Source: an uncultured virus (IMG/VR IMGVR_UViG_3300017917_001941) (lineage: Duplodnaviria; Heunggongvirae; Uroviricota; Caudoviricetes). From it: 64,000 bases of DNA. How positions within the stretch are numbered: the first letter of the stretch is position 1; every line of letters begins with the position of its first letter. The position numbers and the translations under genes were made by a program. The notes under the pieces are model-generated. The model saw only the letters and a program-made list of their open reading frames with translations. It ran no database searches and was not told where the DNA came from. Location: the IMG/VR virus record IMGVR_UViG_3300017917_001941; one strand, given 5' to 3'. Shown here piece by piece: positions 48,085 to 57,100 of the stretch.

Positions 48085-49189
48085 AAAGAATGTACTAGAG
48101 GCCGCCCGTGAGCGTATATCATTCATTTTCGACAGTATTGAGAACATAGTTCTCTCTATTAGCGGTGGCAAAGACTCTACGGTTATGGCACACCTCGTTT
48201 TGTGCGAAGCACAAAAGAGAGGCCGACGTGTAGGTGTGTTCTTCCTAGACGAAGAAGTTATGTACCAAAGTAGCGTTGATCAAGTGGAGTACCTCCTGGG
48301 ACTATTCCCGAGTAACATCAAGAGAATGTGGCTTCAGGTTCCTTTTTTTATGACGAACGCTACGTCGTTCAGTGAGAGTCAATTGAGGTGCTGGGAGCCA
48401 GGGGAGCATGAAATCTGGATGCGCCCTAAGGGTCCTTTGAATATCAAAGCTAAGCCTTGGGCAGAGGCTGATGAAAAGTTCAGAACCGGGTACAAATGGT
48501 TGGACTTTTACGGTGTAATTCAGAATTTTGAGCGGTGGCACAAGGATACAGCGTTTCTTATCGGACTTCGTGCAGCGGGGGAGTCTCCAAATCGATGGCG
48601 TGCAGTTGTCAAAAATCCGGTGGTCTTAGGGGGGAAAAATGTGTATTGGGGCACGAAGAAAGGGGAGAACTATAATCTTTACCCCATCTATGATTGGAAC
48701 TTTCACGATGTCTGGCGTTACATTTATGACGAGAAGCTAAGGTACTCTAAGATCTATGACTTTCAGTTCAAGAAGGGATACCCGATCAATCAAATGCGGG
48801 TATCCTCTTTGATCCATGAGCGGGCCTTCAAGAGCATTTGTGACTTGCCAGAGTTTGAGCCGAAGACCTACAACAGGTTGATGAAGCGCATTAGGGGGAT
48901 CTCGTTAGCTCAAGAGACAGGAAAGAGTGCGAAACTTTTTGCGGCTCGGAAGTTGCCGAAGAACTTTAAGTCTTGGTTGACCTATCGGGATTTTCTGATA
49001 CAGACTTACCCCGACCGATCCCGAAGGTCGATATTTGAGGCCCGGTTTGCAAGGCACCTACAGAACGAGTACGTTGCTCGTCAGCAGGTGCGCCAGTTAA
49101 TTTTGAATGACTATGAGAATAACATTCCTATTGATAACAAGCCTGACCCACGTGACGACTTGATTCGTTATTATGAGGAGGTTCTATGA
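48062..49189 (+). CDS. ibrA: IbrA-like PAPS-reductase-family protein
   Basis: NVLEAARERI, SISGGKDS, FLDEE, GLRAAGES.NR, YPIYDW, MRVS. Confidence 0.85.
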   Translation: MPTQRYSEKNVLEAARERISFIFDSIENIVLSISGGKDSTVMAHLVLCEAQKRGRRVGVFFLDEEVMYQSSVDQVEYLLGLFPSNIKRMWLQVPFFMTNATSFSESQLRCWEPGEHEIWMRPKGPLNIKAKPWAEADEKFRTGYKWLDFYGVIQNFERWHKDTAFLIGLRAAGESPNRWRAVVKNPVVLGGKNVYWGTKKGENYNLYPIYDWNFHDVWRYIYDEKLRYSKIYDFQFKKGYPINQMRVSSLIHERAFKSICDLPEFEPKTYNRLMKRIRGISLAQETGKSAKLFAARKLPKNFKSWLTYRDFLIQTYPDRSRRSIFEARFARHLQNEYVARQQVRQLILNDYENNIPIDNKPDPRDDLIRYYEEVL

Positions 49190-49776
49190 TCTGTTACATT
49201 GACACAGTGGAACAGTTCCTGGAAGTCAGGCGTACCTTGGTTCCCGTGTATATTCACTCGAAGACTCATGGGAAAGTGCTGGTCCCCTGTACTAACACGA
49301 TTCTTGTTCGGCCAGACCTGGTCGTAGCGAACGGGTATAACCCTAACTTTGTTCCGAGCGAGAAGATGGACCTTCTTAGGCAGTCCATTTTAGATAATGG
49401 TTTTTGTTTCCCTGTTGTAGCTATATGGGATGAGGACCAGGAGAAGTTTTGTATCATTGATGGGTTCCACCGGAGAACTGTGGGTGGTGCAGATTGGTTG
49501 GACTTTGATTACATCCCTGTCGTTTGCCTTTCTCATGATATTAAGCAGAGGATGGCGGCCACTGTGCAATTCAATAAAGCACGAGGCGTACACCAAGTAG
49601 ACCTGGATGCAGAGGTCATTCGTTCCTTGATAGAGCAGGGCATGGGTGAAGAGGATATCTCAATTCACCTTGGAATCGACCTTGAGACCATACATAGGTA
49701 CAAGCAGATTACTGGGGTTGCGGAGCTGTTCAAGAACTCAAACTACTCAACAAGTTGGTATATTGCGGATGACTGA
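49186..49776 (+). CDS. ibrB: IbrB-like ParB/Srx-domain protein
   Basis: ANGYNPN.V, SILDNGF..P, IIDGFHR, RMAATVQFNKARGVH. Confidence 0.88.
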   Translation: MICYIDTVEQFLEVRRTLVPVYIHSKTHGKVLVPCTNTILVRPDLVVANGYNPNFVPSEKMDLLRQSILDNGFCFPVVAIWDEDQEKFCIIDGFHRRTVGGADWLDFDYIPVVCLSHDIKQRMAATVQFNKARGVHQVDLDAEVIRSLIEQGMGEEDISIHLGIDLETIHRYKQITGVAELFKNSNYSTSWYIADD

Positions 49777-50578
49777 GCCAATTCTTGATGCTCATGACGT
49801 GGAAGTCTTCGATGCATGGTTGGCACAGGCTAGTGTATGGGCTCAAACTAGAGTGTACAAGGCGCGTGTGGATAAGGCTAAGCGAGTCGTTGACCAATGC
49901 CTAAGTCTCGTCCCTGATTCAGTGTGTATGTGGTCGGGGGGAAAAGATTCCACTGCTATGACTCATCTTGTTAGCATGATTCACCCAGGTATCCCGGTAG
50001 TCACTGAAAAAGATGACTTGGATTTTCCTGGTGAGCGAGCCTACGTTGAAAGGGTTCTTTCAATGTTTGGGTGGAATGTCCGTATCATTTCGCCTGAGGT
50101 GTCTCCGCAGGATTGGATCATGAAGCACGCACCTGGTCTGACATCTGAGGATGACTTCCATTCAAGATCCGCTGCCCTGAGCAAGGAATGTTTTTACAGG
50201 TTAGTGGAAGAGGCTTCTCGTAAGTACCAAGCTATCTTCTTGGGTTTACGCCAAGAAGAGTCTAGGGGTCGAGCGCTCAATAGGGCATGTCGGGGGGTGC
50301 TTTACCAAAAGAGCAATGGGCAGTATACATGTACACCAATTGCTGATTGGAGGGGGATTGATGTTTACGCTTACTTGGTATCAAACGGTATTCCTCTGTT
50401 AGATGTCTACCGTTGTGTGGGATTTATGCATGCAGATGAGCCTTTCCGTATAAGAAAGTCTTGGTGGATTCCCGGGCAGTCAGGCCGTTATGGAGGCGTA
50501 GCTTGGTTGCGACGCTACTGGCCTTCTTTGTACTATCAGTTATGTGAATGGATGCCAGATGCCAGACGTTTGACCTAA
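49769..50578 (+). CDS. cysH: CysH-like PAPS-reductase-family protein (type IV-B associated)
   Basis: WSGGKDS, GLRQEESRGR, PIADW..DVYAY, WLRRYWP. Confidence 0.82.
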   Translation: MTEPILDAHDVEVFDAWLAQASVWAQTRVYKARVDKAKRVVDQCLSLVPDSVCMWSGGKDSTAMTHLVSMIHPGIPVVTEKDDLDFPGERAYVERVLSMFGWNVRIISPEVSPQDWIMKHAPGLTSEDDFHSRSAALSKECFYRLVEEASRKYQAIFLGLRQEESRGRALNRACRGVLYQKSNGQYTCTPIADWRGIDVYAYLVSNGIPLLDVYRCVGFMHADEPFRIRKSWWIPGQSGRYGGVAWLRRYWPSLYYQLCEWMPDARRLT

Positions 50579-50623
50579 CCAAGTTAGGTCAACTTATGAT
50601 TTCAGTTATAGGTCCAGTGTAGC

Positions 50624-51013
50624 ATGGACCAGCGCCTCAAGTTCCTTCCTGGTATGCACCGTCCACATCGATTGACTCGAAACGAAACCCCGGACCTGGC
50701 TAGGGCCATAGTGGGATTCCTTCGAGGCCAAGTTGCGTGTGAAAGAGGTATCTCTGGAGGGGTTGGATATGTCTGGCTCCATGGGGATTCTGGTCATAAC
50801 ATTACAGTTAGGTATGATGACTGGGTGAAAATTGTTCCGTACCTCAAGGATGGATCATTTGATCCCACTCTGGTTCCGGTTCCTGGGTCTGTGGTTCTAG
50901 ACCCTTTGGTCAAATTTGATGGTTCAGTAGTTGGTTTGGCGGATCAGGAGCTCTATGGCCGTATCAAGACGGTCCTGGACCAGTTATTTCCAGTGGAGTT
51001 CCCGACTAGATAA
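50624..51013 (+). CDS. hypothetical protein
   Basis: ORF track. Confidence 0.6.
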   Translation: MDQRLKFLPGMHRPHRLTRNETPDLARAIVGFLRGQVACERGISGGVGYVWLHGDSGHNITVRYDDWVKIVPYLKDGSFDPTLVPVPGSVVLDPLVKFDGSVVGLADQELYGRIKTVLDQLFPVEFPTR

Positions 51014-51027
51014 AAGGAGATGCTTCT

Positions 51028-51261
51028 ATGACAAATTTTGATCCTTCGGGCACCTCTCCTGGCGTTGTTTCGCCTCAGGTGCAGGGCCCGAAAACTCAGA
51101 GTATGCGATGTCGGAACGAAGGATGCCCTTCACTTCAGGCTGTGGAGATTACACCTGAACTGAATAGAGAAAATGCAGGGGTTCCGCATCACCGTACTTA
51201 TCAATGTATTCGGTGCAAGCACACGTGGACCATGTCCGTTGGTGGGTTTGTGAACTTTTGA
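51028..51261 (+). CDS. Zn-ribbon protein
   Basis: AAGGAG SD; CRNEGC...YQCIRCKHTW. Confidence 0.7.
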   Translation: MTNFDPSGTSPGVVSPQVQGPKTQSMRCRNEGCPSLQAVEITPELNRENAGVPHHRTYQCIRCKHTWTMSVGGFVNF

Positions 51262-51296
51262 GGCAGTAGTCCTGTTGTCATGGTGTTTAGGACACC

Positions 51297-51980
51297 ATGG
51301 ACCAAAAAGACGTCATAGCGTTTGAAGATGACACCAGGGCTCTGGTTCCGGGCTTTAGGGTTGCCTGGAAGTCAGAATCATGTAGTGAGCGGTTTTTGGG
51401 TTTACTTCTTCGACCCTTCAACCCTGACTACATGACGAAGTACATCTCTACATTTTACCCGATAGTGTACTTCCCAAGCAAGGACTTATATGGAAGTTGC
51501 CCGAACTGCACCTTTACAGTTTTAGCACATGAGCGTGTTCATCTGTTGGATACTAAGGAGTATCCCTTTCGGTTTCGATTCTCCTACTTGATGCCTCAGA
51601 TCTTTGCTCTTCCTTTTTTCCTTGGTGCTTGCACTATGACTTTTTTTAGTCTTGGGGTCGCTGTGACTTTATTTGTGATGGGGCTCTTGTTTCTCGGTCC
51701 TTGGCCTAGTCCGTGGAGGGTATATTGGGAAAAGAGAGGCTATGCCATGAACATGGCAGTGTCCTATTGGATTCTAGGTACTATTCCTGCGGGCCTGATA
51801 TCCAGCATAAAGTCTCAATTTCTTGGATGGCAGTATTATCGAATGTCTTGGAGTGAAAAAGAGATTGAGCACTGGATTAGTACTACGTCAGAGTCGATTC
51901 GAAATGGCACCATAACCAAAGACCCTGTTTATGGGGCTGTTCGGTGGTTTATGTGTAGTCGTGGGTTGGTGAAGTTATGA
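51297..51980 (+). CDS. membrane HEXXH metalloprotease-like protein
   Basis: LAHERVH, hydrophobic hairpin, WEKRGY. Confidence 0.7.
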   Translation: MDQKDVIAFEDDTRALVPGFRVAWKSESCSERFLGLLLRPFNPDYMTKYISTFYPIVYFPSKDLYGSCPNCTFTVLAHERVHLLDTKEYPFRFRFSYLMPQIFALPFFLGACTMTFFSLGVAVTLFVMGLLFLGPWPSPWRVYWEKRGYAMNMAVSYWILGTIPAGLISSIKSQFLGWQYYRMSWSEKEIEHWISTTSESIRNGTITKDPVYGAVRWFMCSRGLVKL

Positions 51981-52162
51981 AAGAGTCGGCGTTCGGCGTT
52001 ATGCGGTGTATTCGTATTGGATGCGCCGGGATGTTAGGGGCTAGCGGGCAAGAGGTCACTCGTTTGGTGTGCCAGCAGTGTGGGCAAAACTACCAGGTGA
52101 GAGTTCTACTAGAGCCTATCCCCCCGAAAGAACCGGATAGATTGTTACCTCAGGGTGTCTAG
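51977..52162 (+). CDS. small Zn-finger protein
   Basis: CIRIGC...CQQCG; ATGA overlap. Confidence 0.55.
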   Translation: MKESAFGVMRCIRIGCAGMLGASGQEVTRLVCQQCGQNYQVRVLLEPIPPKEPDRLLPQGV

Positions 52163-53112
52163 TGTTAGATAACGTTGTGGGACAAGATCGAGCGGTTCGC
52201 TCCCTTCGAGGAGTGGTCACTGGTCACATTAAATCCCCGCTTTTGTTAATTGGAGATGAGGGCGTCGGCAGAAAGTTTTCCGTACTTGAGTCTATCAAGG
52301 AAATTGTGTCCGCGAAAAAAGGGCCTACAAGTTCTGATATTGTACAGGTAGCACAGAATGCTCACCCCGATGTTTTGGTTGTTTCGGCTCCGGCTGACAA
52401 AGAGCTGGGTGTGGAGCCAGTAAGAGATATCGTTACTAAGGCCGGAAGTTACCCTGTCTCTGCACCCTGTCGATTTTTCCTTGTGGATGGGGCAGATAGG
52501 ATGACCCCTGCTGCGGCTAACGCGATCCTGAAGACTTTGGAGGAGCTACCGGCTCAGTCTCGCTTTTTTTTGCTTGCAGAGTCTTATGACCGTGTGATCC
52601 CCACTATTCGTTCGCGATGCGGACGAGTGGACTTTCAAAAACTCCCTGAATCTTTTATCCTTTCGAAGATAAGTCTCTTCGAGAAGGATCCCGGTAAAGC
52701 CCTTGTCTACGCTCGTATGGGTGAAGGTTCGGTCGGCCGGGCCACTCGGTACTGGGGATTAAACCGTCTTTCTCTCAGAGATCGTGTATTTGACATGCTT
52801 CGATCAAGCGTGAATGGGGACTTGTCATCTTCGTTCTCTGTGGTGGATGAGCTGAGCAAAGATCTTCCTCTGGCCCTTCGTTTTCTGATATTCCTCCTAC
52901 ATGATGTGATGATCTGTGAACTAGAACCTCAGAGAATCATCAACCAAGATATCGAGAGTGATCTCGGCTCAATTCGTGTAAGAGCAGGACAAGTTTTACT
53001 TCATAGGCTTTGGGGGGAATTGAAGACAGTTCATGAGCGATTTGAATCCTCATATATCAATCTTCCGTTCCAGCTAAAAAGTGCGTTAGCAACAGCTTGC
53101 GTCTGCGGGTGA
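52162..53112 (+). CDS. holB: DNA polymerase III delta' (clamp loader)
   Basis: VVGQ, HPDV, ADRMTPAAANAILKTLEE, PTIRSRC. Confidence 0.9.
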   Translation: MLDNVVGQDRAVRSLRGVVTGHIKSPLLLIGDEGVGRKFSVLESIKEIVSAKKGPTSSDIVQVAQNAHPDVLVVSAPADKELGVEPVRDIVTKAGSYPVSAPCRFFLVDGADRMTPAAANAILKTLEELPAQSRFFLLAESYDRVIPTIRSRCGRVDFQKLPESFILSKISLFEKDPGKALVYARMGEGSVGRATRYWGLNRLSLRDRVFDMLRSSVNGDLSSSFSVVDELSKDLPLALRFLIFLLHDVMICELEPQRIINQDIESDLGSIRVRAGQVLLHRLWGELKTVHERFESSYINLPFQLKSALATACVCG

Positions 53113-53119
53113 TTGATTC

Positions 53120-54100
53120 ATGGGGTATCGGTTCTCCACGCCAATTGTTGTGTCTTTTGGCGAGGAAACCTTCTTCCTTGACCGTGACTTCAACTCCTTT
53201 AGGGATCAACCAAATTCGCTTGTGACTGTTCTCGACGGTGCTGATACGTCAGAGTCTGAGGTGGTCTCTGTTTGTGAAACTTTTCAGGTTGACCTCGAAG
53301 ACCCGACAAACATTAGACCTCGGGTAATCGTGGTGGACAATGCTCAGAAGTTGAAGGCGGAAAAAGCCCTTAAGTCTTATGTGGATACTCGCGAGAAAGA
53401 AGACACCTCTGCTGTTCTTGCTTTGGTTTTCCGCTCTGATAAGTGCCCCACATTTTGGACTAAGTTTGGACCCAAGGTGACCGTTTGCGAGCATAGGAAG
53501 CTCAAGACTTGGGACAACAATAATGAGGTCGTGAAGTGGGTTTTGTCTGAGGCTGAACGTATTGGACTGAGTCTAGATTCTAAAATTGCCCTATCGATGT
53601 TCCAGATCGCTGGGACAGACCTTTATGTACTGGCAAGCGAGCTTCAAAAGCTGAAGCTTCTTGTAGGCGCTAAGAGTCCGGTTAAGGTTGAGCATCTCCA
53701 GCTCGTTATGACTCCAGCCTCTACCGCAGCCTCCTGGGATGTTGCCGACGCTGCGTTTTCGAAAAACAAAAGGAAGGCAATGAATTTGCTTTCTTCGATT
53801 TACCGTTTTGCGTCGGAAGATCCTTCCCTCATGATTTTGGGTGCTCTCATGAAGAGCGCCGAGCGTCTATTTGTGGCTCGTGCTTTGATGGATAAGGGAG
53901 TGGAACCTGACGAGATTGCTGCTCGATTAGGATTACACCCATATCGTTTTCGTATGGCGTTTCAGCCCCAGGTTGAGAAGCAGACTGTCTCGGGTCTGAC
54001 GCGGACAATGCAAATACTATCCAAATTAGATGTGGATCTCAAGCGGACTAGCCACCGGCGGACACTGGTGGAATTGACTATTCTCGACCTTGCCTCTTGA
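53120..54100 (+). CDS. holA: DNA polymerase III delta (clamp loader)
   Basis: GEETFF, ELQKLKL, LGLHPYR, LDVDLK. Confidence 0.82.
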   Translation: MGYRFSTPIVVSFGEETFFLDRDFNSFRDQPNSLVTVLDGADTSESEVVSVCETFQVDLEDPTNIRPRVIVVDNAQKLKAEKALKSYVDTREKEDTSAVLALVFRSDKCPTFWTKFGPKVTVCEHRKLKTWDNNNEVVKWVLSEAERIGLSLDSKIALSMFQIAGTDLYVLASELQKLKLLVGAKSPVKVEHLQLVMTPASTAASWDVADAAFSKNKRKAMNLLSSIYRFASEDPSLMILGALMKSAERLFVARALMDKGVEPDEIAARLGLHPYRFRMAFQPQVEKQTVSGLTRTMQILSKLDVDLKRTSHRRTLVELTILDLAS

Positions 54101-54115
54101 AGGAGTTGGGCTGCA

Positions 54116-57100
54116 ATGTTGATCCTCCACACACCAACCGTATCAAATAGATTTCGGTTTTCAGAAGACTTTTTGTCTCCTTATTATGTCAAAGGAGACC
54201 CGTTCCAGAGTCTTTTGGCACGATCTACTTACTTGACTAAGTATTGCCGGGGCGGTGAAGTGTGGACTGACACAATCCGTAGGGTCGTCGAAGCTAATTT
54301 GTCCCTTGCTGCTGAGGTGGACAGCGGCGAGGCGAAGATGCTCTTCCATCTATTTTGGACCGGGCAGGCCCTTCCGCCCGGACGAGGGCTTTGGACGGGA
54401 GGTATTGAGGGAATTCCGTCGGATGCCCGTTACAACTGTTTTTCTGGTGAAACACGGTTCTGGGCAAACGGGAACCTCACTAGCTTTGAGGATTCCGTCG
54501 GTCAGACTGTTGAAGTCCTTTGCCAGGATGGCAAGTGGCGTCCTGCGGAGGTCAAGTCCTTCGGGAAGCAGGCTCTTCGTACTATCCGGATGACCGCTCC
54601 TGACCGTTCCAAGTTCTCCTTTGACTTCGTTGCAACCCCAGGGCATCGATGGATTACTAGCAATCGAGGCTTGGTAGAAGACCTTAAGGTGGGTGACCGA
54701 GTTTTGGTAACGCCAAGGGATGTCTCCGACCTTCGAGGTACCCAAGATTTCAAGGACGGCTTCGCACATGGTTTCATGTTCGGGGATGGGACTAAAGAGA
54801 CCCAGAAGGATACAACCTACAAGATCAGGCTTTGTGGTGAGAAGGATTGGCAGCACAAGGACTTGTTGAAGCAAGCAAGCCAGTTCTCGTATGAGTGCTC
54901 ACCCCCATCCTACAACGGGGATCCTGTCCTTTTCTTCAAGAGTCCCACCAACCCTCGACATAACCTTCCAGAGGATTCAGCCAGCTCTGCCTATCAAGTT
55001 GGCTTCATTGAGGGGTGGCTTGCAGCCGATGTTTCGTGGCGAACCAATGGTGTGGGTGGGAACCGCTTGAACTCCATCAATGCTACTGCGATTGATTGGG
55101 CAATCGAGAGACTTCCCTTGCTCGGTTACTGCCCAACTGGAAGGTATACCGACTCGAACGAAGAGACCAATTACGGGAAGCGTTCTGCTCCAATGCAGGT
55201 CTTGACGGTTCAACCAAAGCCTGTTGAGTATACTGTCCGATCCATCACTGACGAGGGTAGGGAGGAAGAGGTCTATTGTGTTGTTGAACCCGAGACTAAG
55301 ACCTTCACGCTTGAGGGTGGGATTGTAACAGGAAATTGTTGGTATACGACCCTTTACAGCATTGACGATTGGTGTTGGACGGCGAACCAGCTCATGCTTG
55401 GGGGCGGAGTAGGAGTAGGCCTGAATGAAATCTCATCTCTTCCAGTTGTGCAAGGCCATCTAGGGGCCAGGATGGCTGTCTGGTGCGCTGACACTCACCA
55501 GAATGTGAGTGAGGTTCAGCCTAACCCTAAGAGTTTCCTCAACGGCCAGACACCCGTATTTCGGGTTCCCGATTCACGAGAGGGTTGGGTTGCTGCTCTC
55601 CGCACGGTCCTCACCTCGGCGTTTCATGCCAAGGATCTCATTGTTGATGTGTCCGATGTCCGGGCTAGGGGTCTCCCGATCCGTACCTTCGGAGGCATCG
55701 CTTGTGGCCCTGGCCCTCTTACGCAGCTGCTTCGAAGTGCCTGGTCGATCGTTCGTGGCGCTGCTGGGCGTAAACTCAACAGCGTCGAGGCATTGGATAT
55801 TACGAATTATATCGGCCTCTGTATTAAGGCAGGCAATGTCAGGAGGTCAGCCCTCATAGCCCTTGGTGACGCGGAGGACCAAGCTTTCCGGGACGCGAAA
55901 AAGGATATGGAAAAGGTCATATCCCATAGGCATACGTCGAATAACACCATAGTTTTTCGGTCATGGCGCCAGATTCATTCATTTAACTGGCATGCTCTTG
56001 TTCGTGACATGGCCGAGAATGGATCAGGGGAGCCGGGCATACTTAACCTCCCTCTCGGGTGGCAAAAAGACCCTGGTGCAAAGGGTGTAAATCCTTGCTT
56101 CTCAGGAGATACTCAAATTGCAGTAGCGGACGGGAGGAACTCTGTATCGATTCGGCAACTTGCGGAAGAGGGTCGGGATGTTCCTGTATACTCTGTGAAC
56201 AATAGTACAGGTAAAGTTGAGATTAAGATGGGTCGAAACCCTCGCGTTACAGGGTATAGACAGACCTTGGTTCGGGTGTGGCTGGATGATGGGGGTTACT
56301 TGGATACCACTCCCGATCATAAGTTTGTCCTTCGCGATGGAACTGTGCTTCAGGCGTCAGAATTGAAGCCTGGTATGAGTTTGCCGAGGTTTACGAAGCG
56401 TCCGGAGAAACTAACCTCTAAAGGTAAGGACTACTACCATATTTACTGTGATACTAGAAGTGAGAGAAGTAATAGGGTTGCTGAACACCGTCTTATTGCC
56501 AGGTTTTTCGACCCAGAGAAGTGGCATAGTGTTTATTCCACTTGTCGAAAAAATGGGTTTGCAAATACAGGTGGGTTAGTAATCCACCACAGGGATTACA
56601 ACCCTCTTAACAATGCTCCTGATAATCTCCAAATTATGACGTTTGAAGATCATTCCAAGGCCCATGCTAAGGTGGATCAGATGGGAGAGAAGAATGGACG
56701 TTGGTCCGGAGTCCCTAATGAGTTGGTCCGGGAGCATGCGATTAGATTGACTCGTCAATTGGGGCGTAGGTTCAGTGCAGAGGATTGGGATCAGTATGCT
56801 AGGGATAACGAGCTTCCTCGTCAGTTTTCGCGTTATCGTGTACAAGCACTAGGTACTGTTCAGGGGATGGCTAAATCTTGTGCACTTGAGTTGGGTTACG
56901 AGCACACTAATGAGGACCCGCGCATTGTTAAGACCTATCAGTCTATGTTAAAGCAGGGTTATGAGACACGGATTTGCAATGGAAAAGTTTTTGTCACAAG
57001 GGTTTGTGAAACTTGCCAAGCTCAGTTTGAGGTAGAGCATTCTTATCGTGAACGGGCTTTTTGTTCACCCACCTGTGCTAGTAAGCATGTTAACTCTGAC

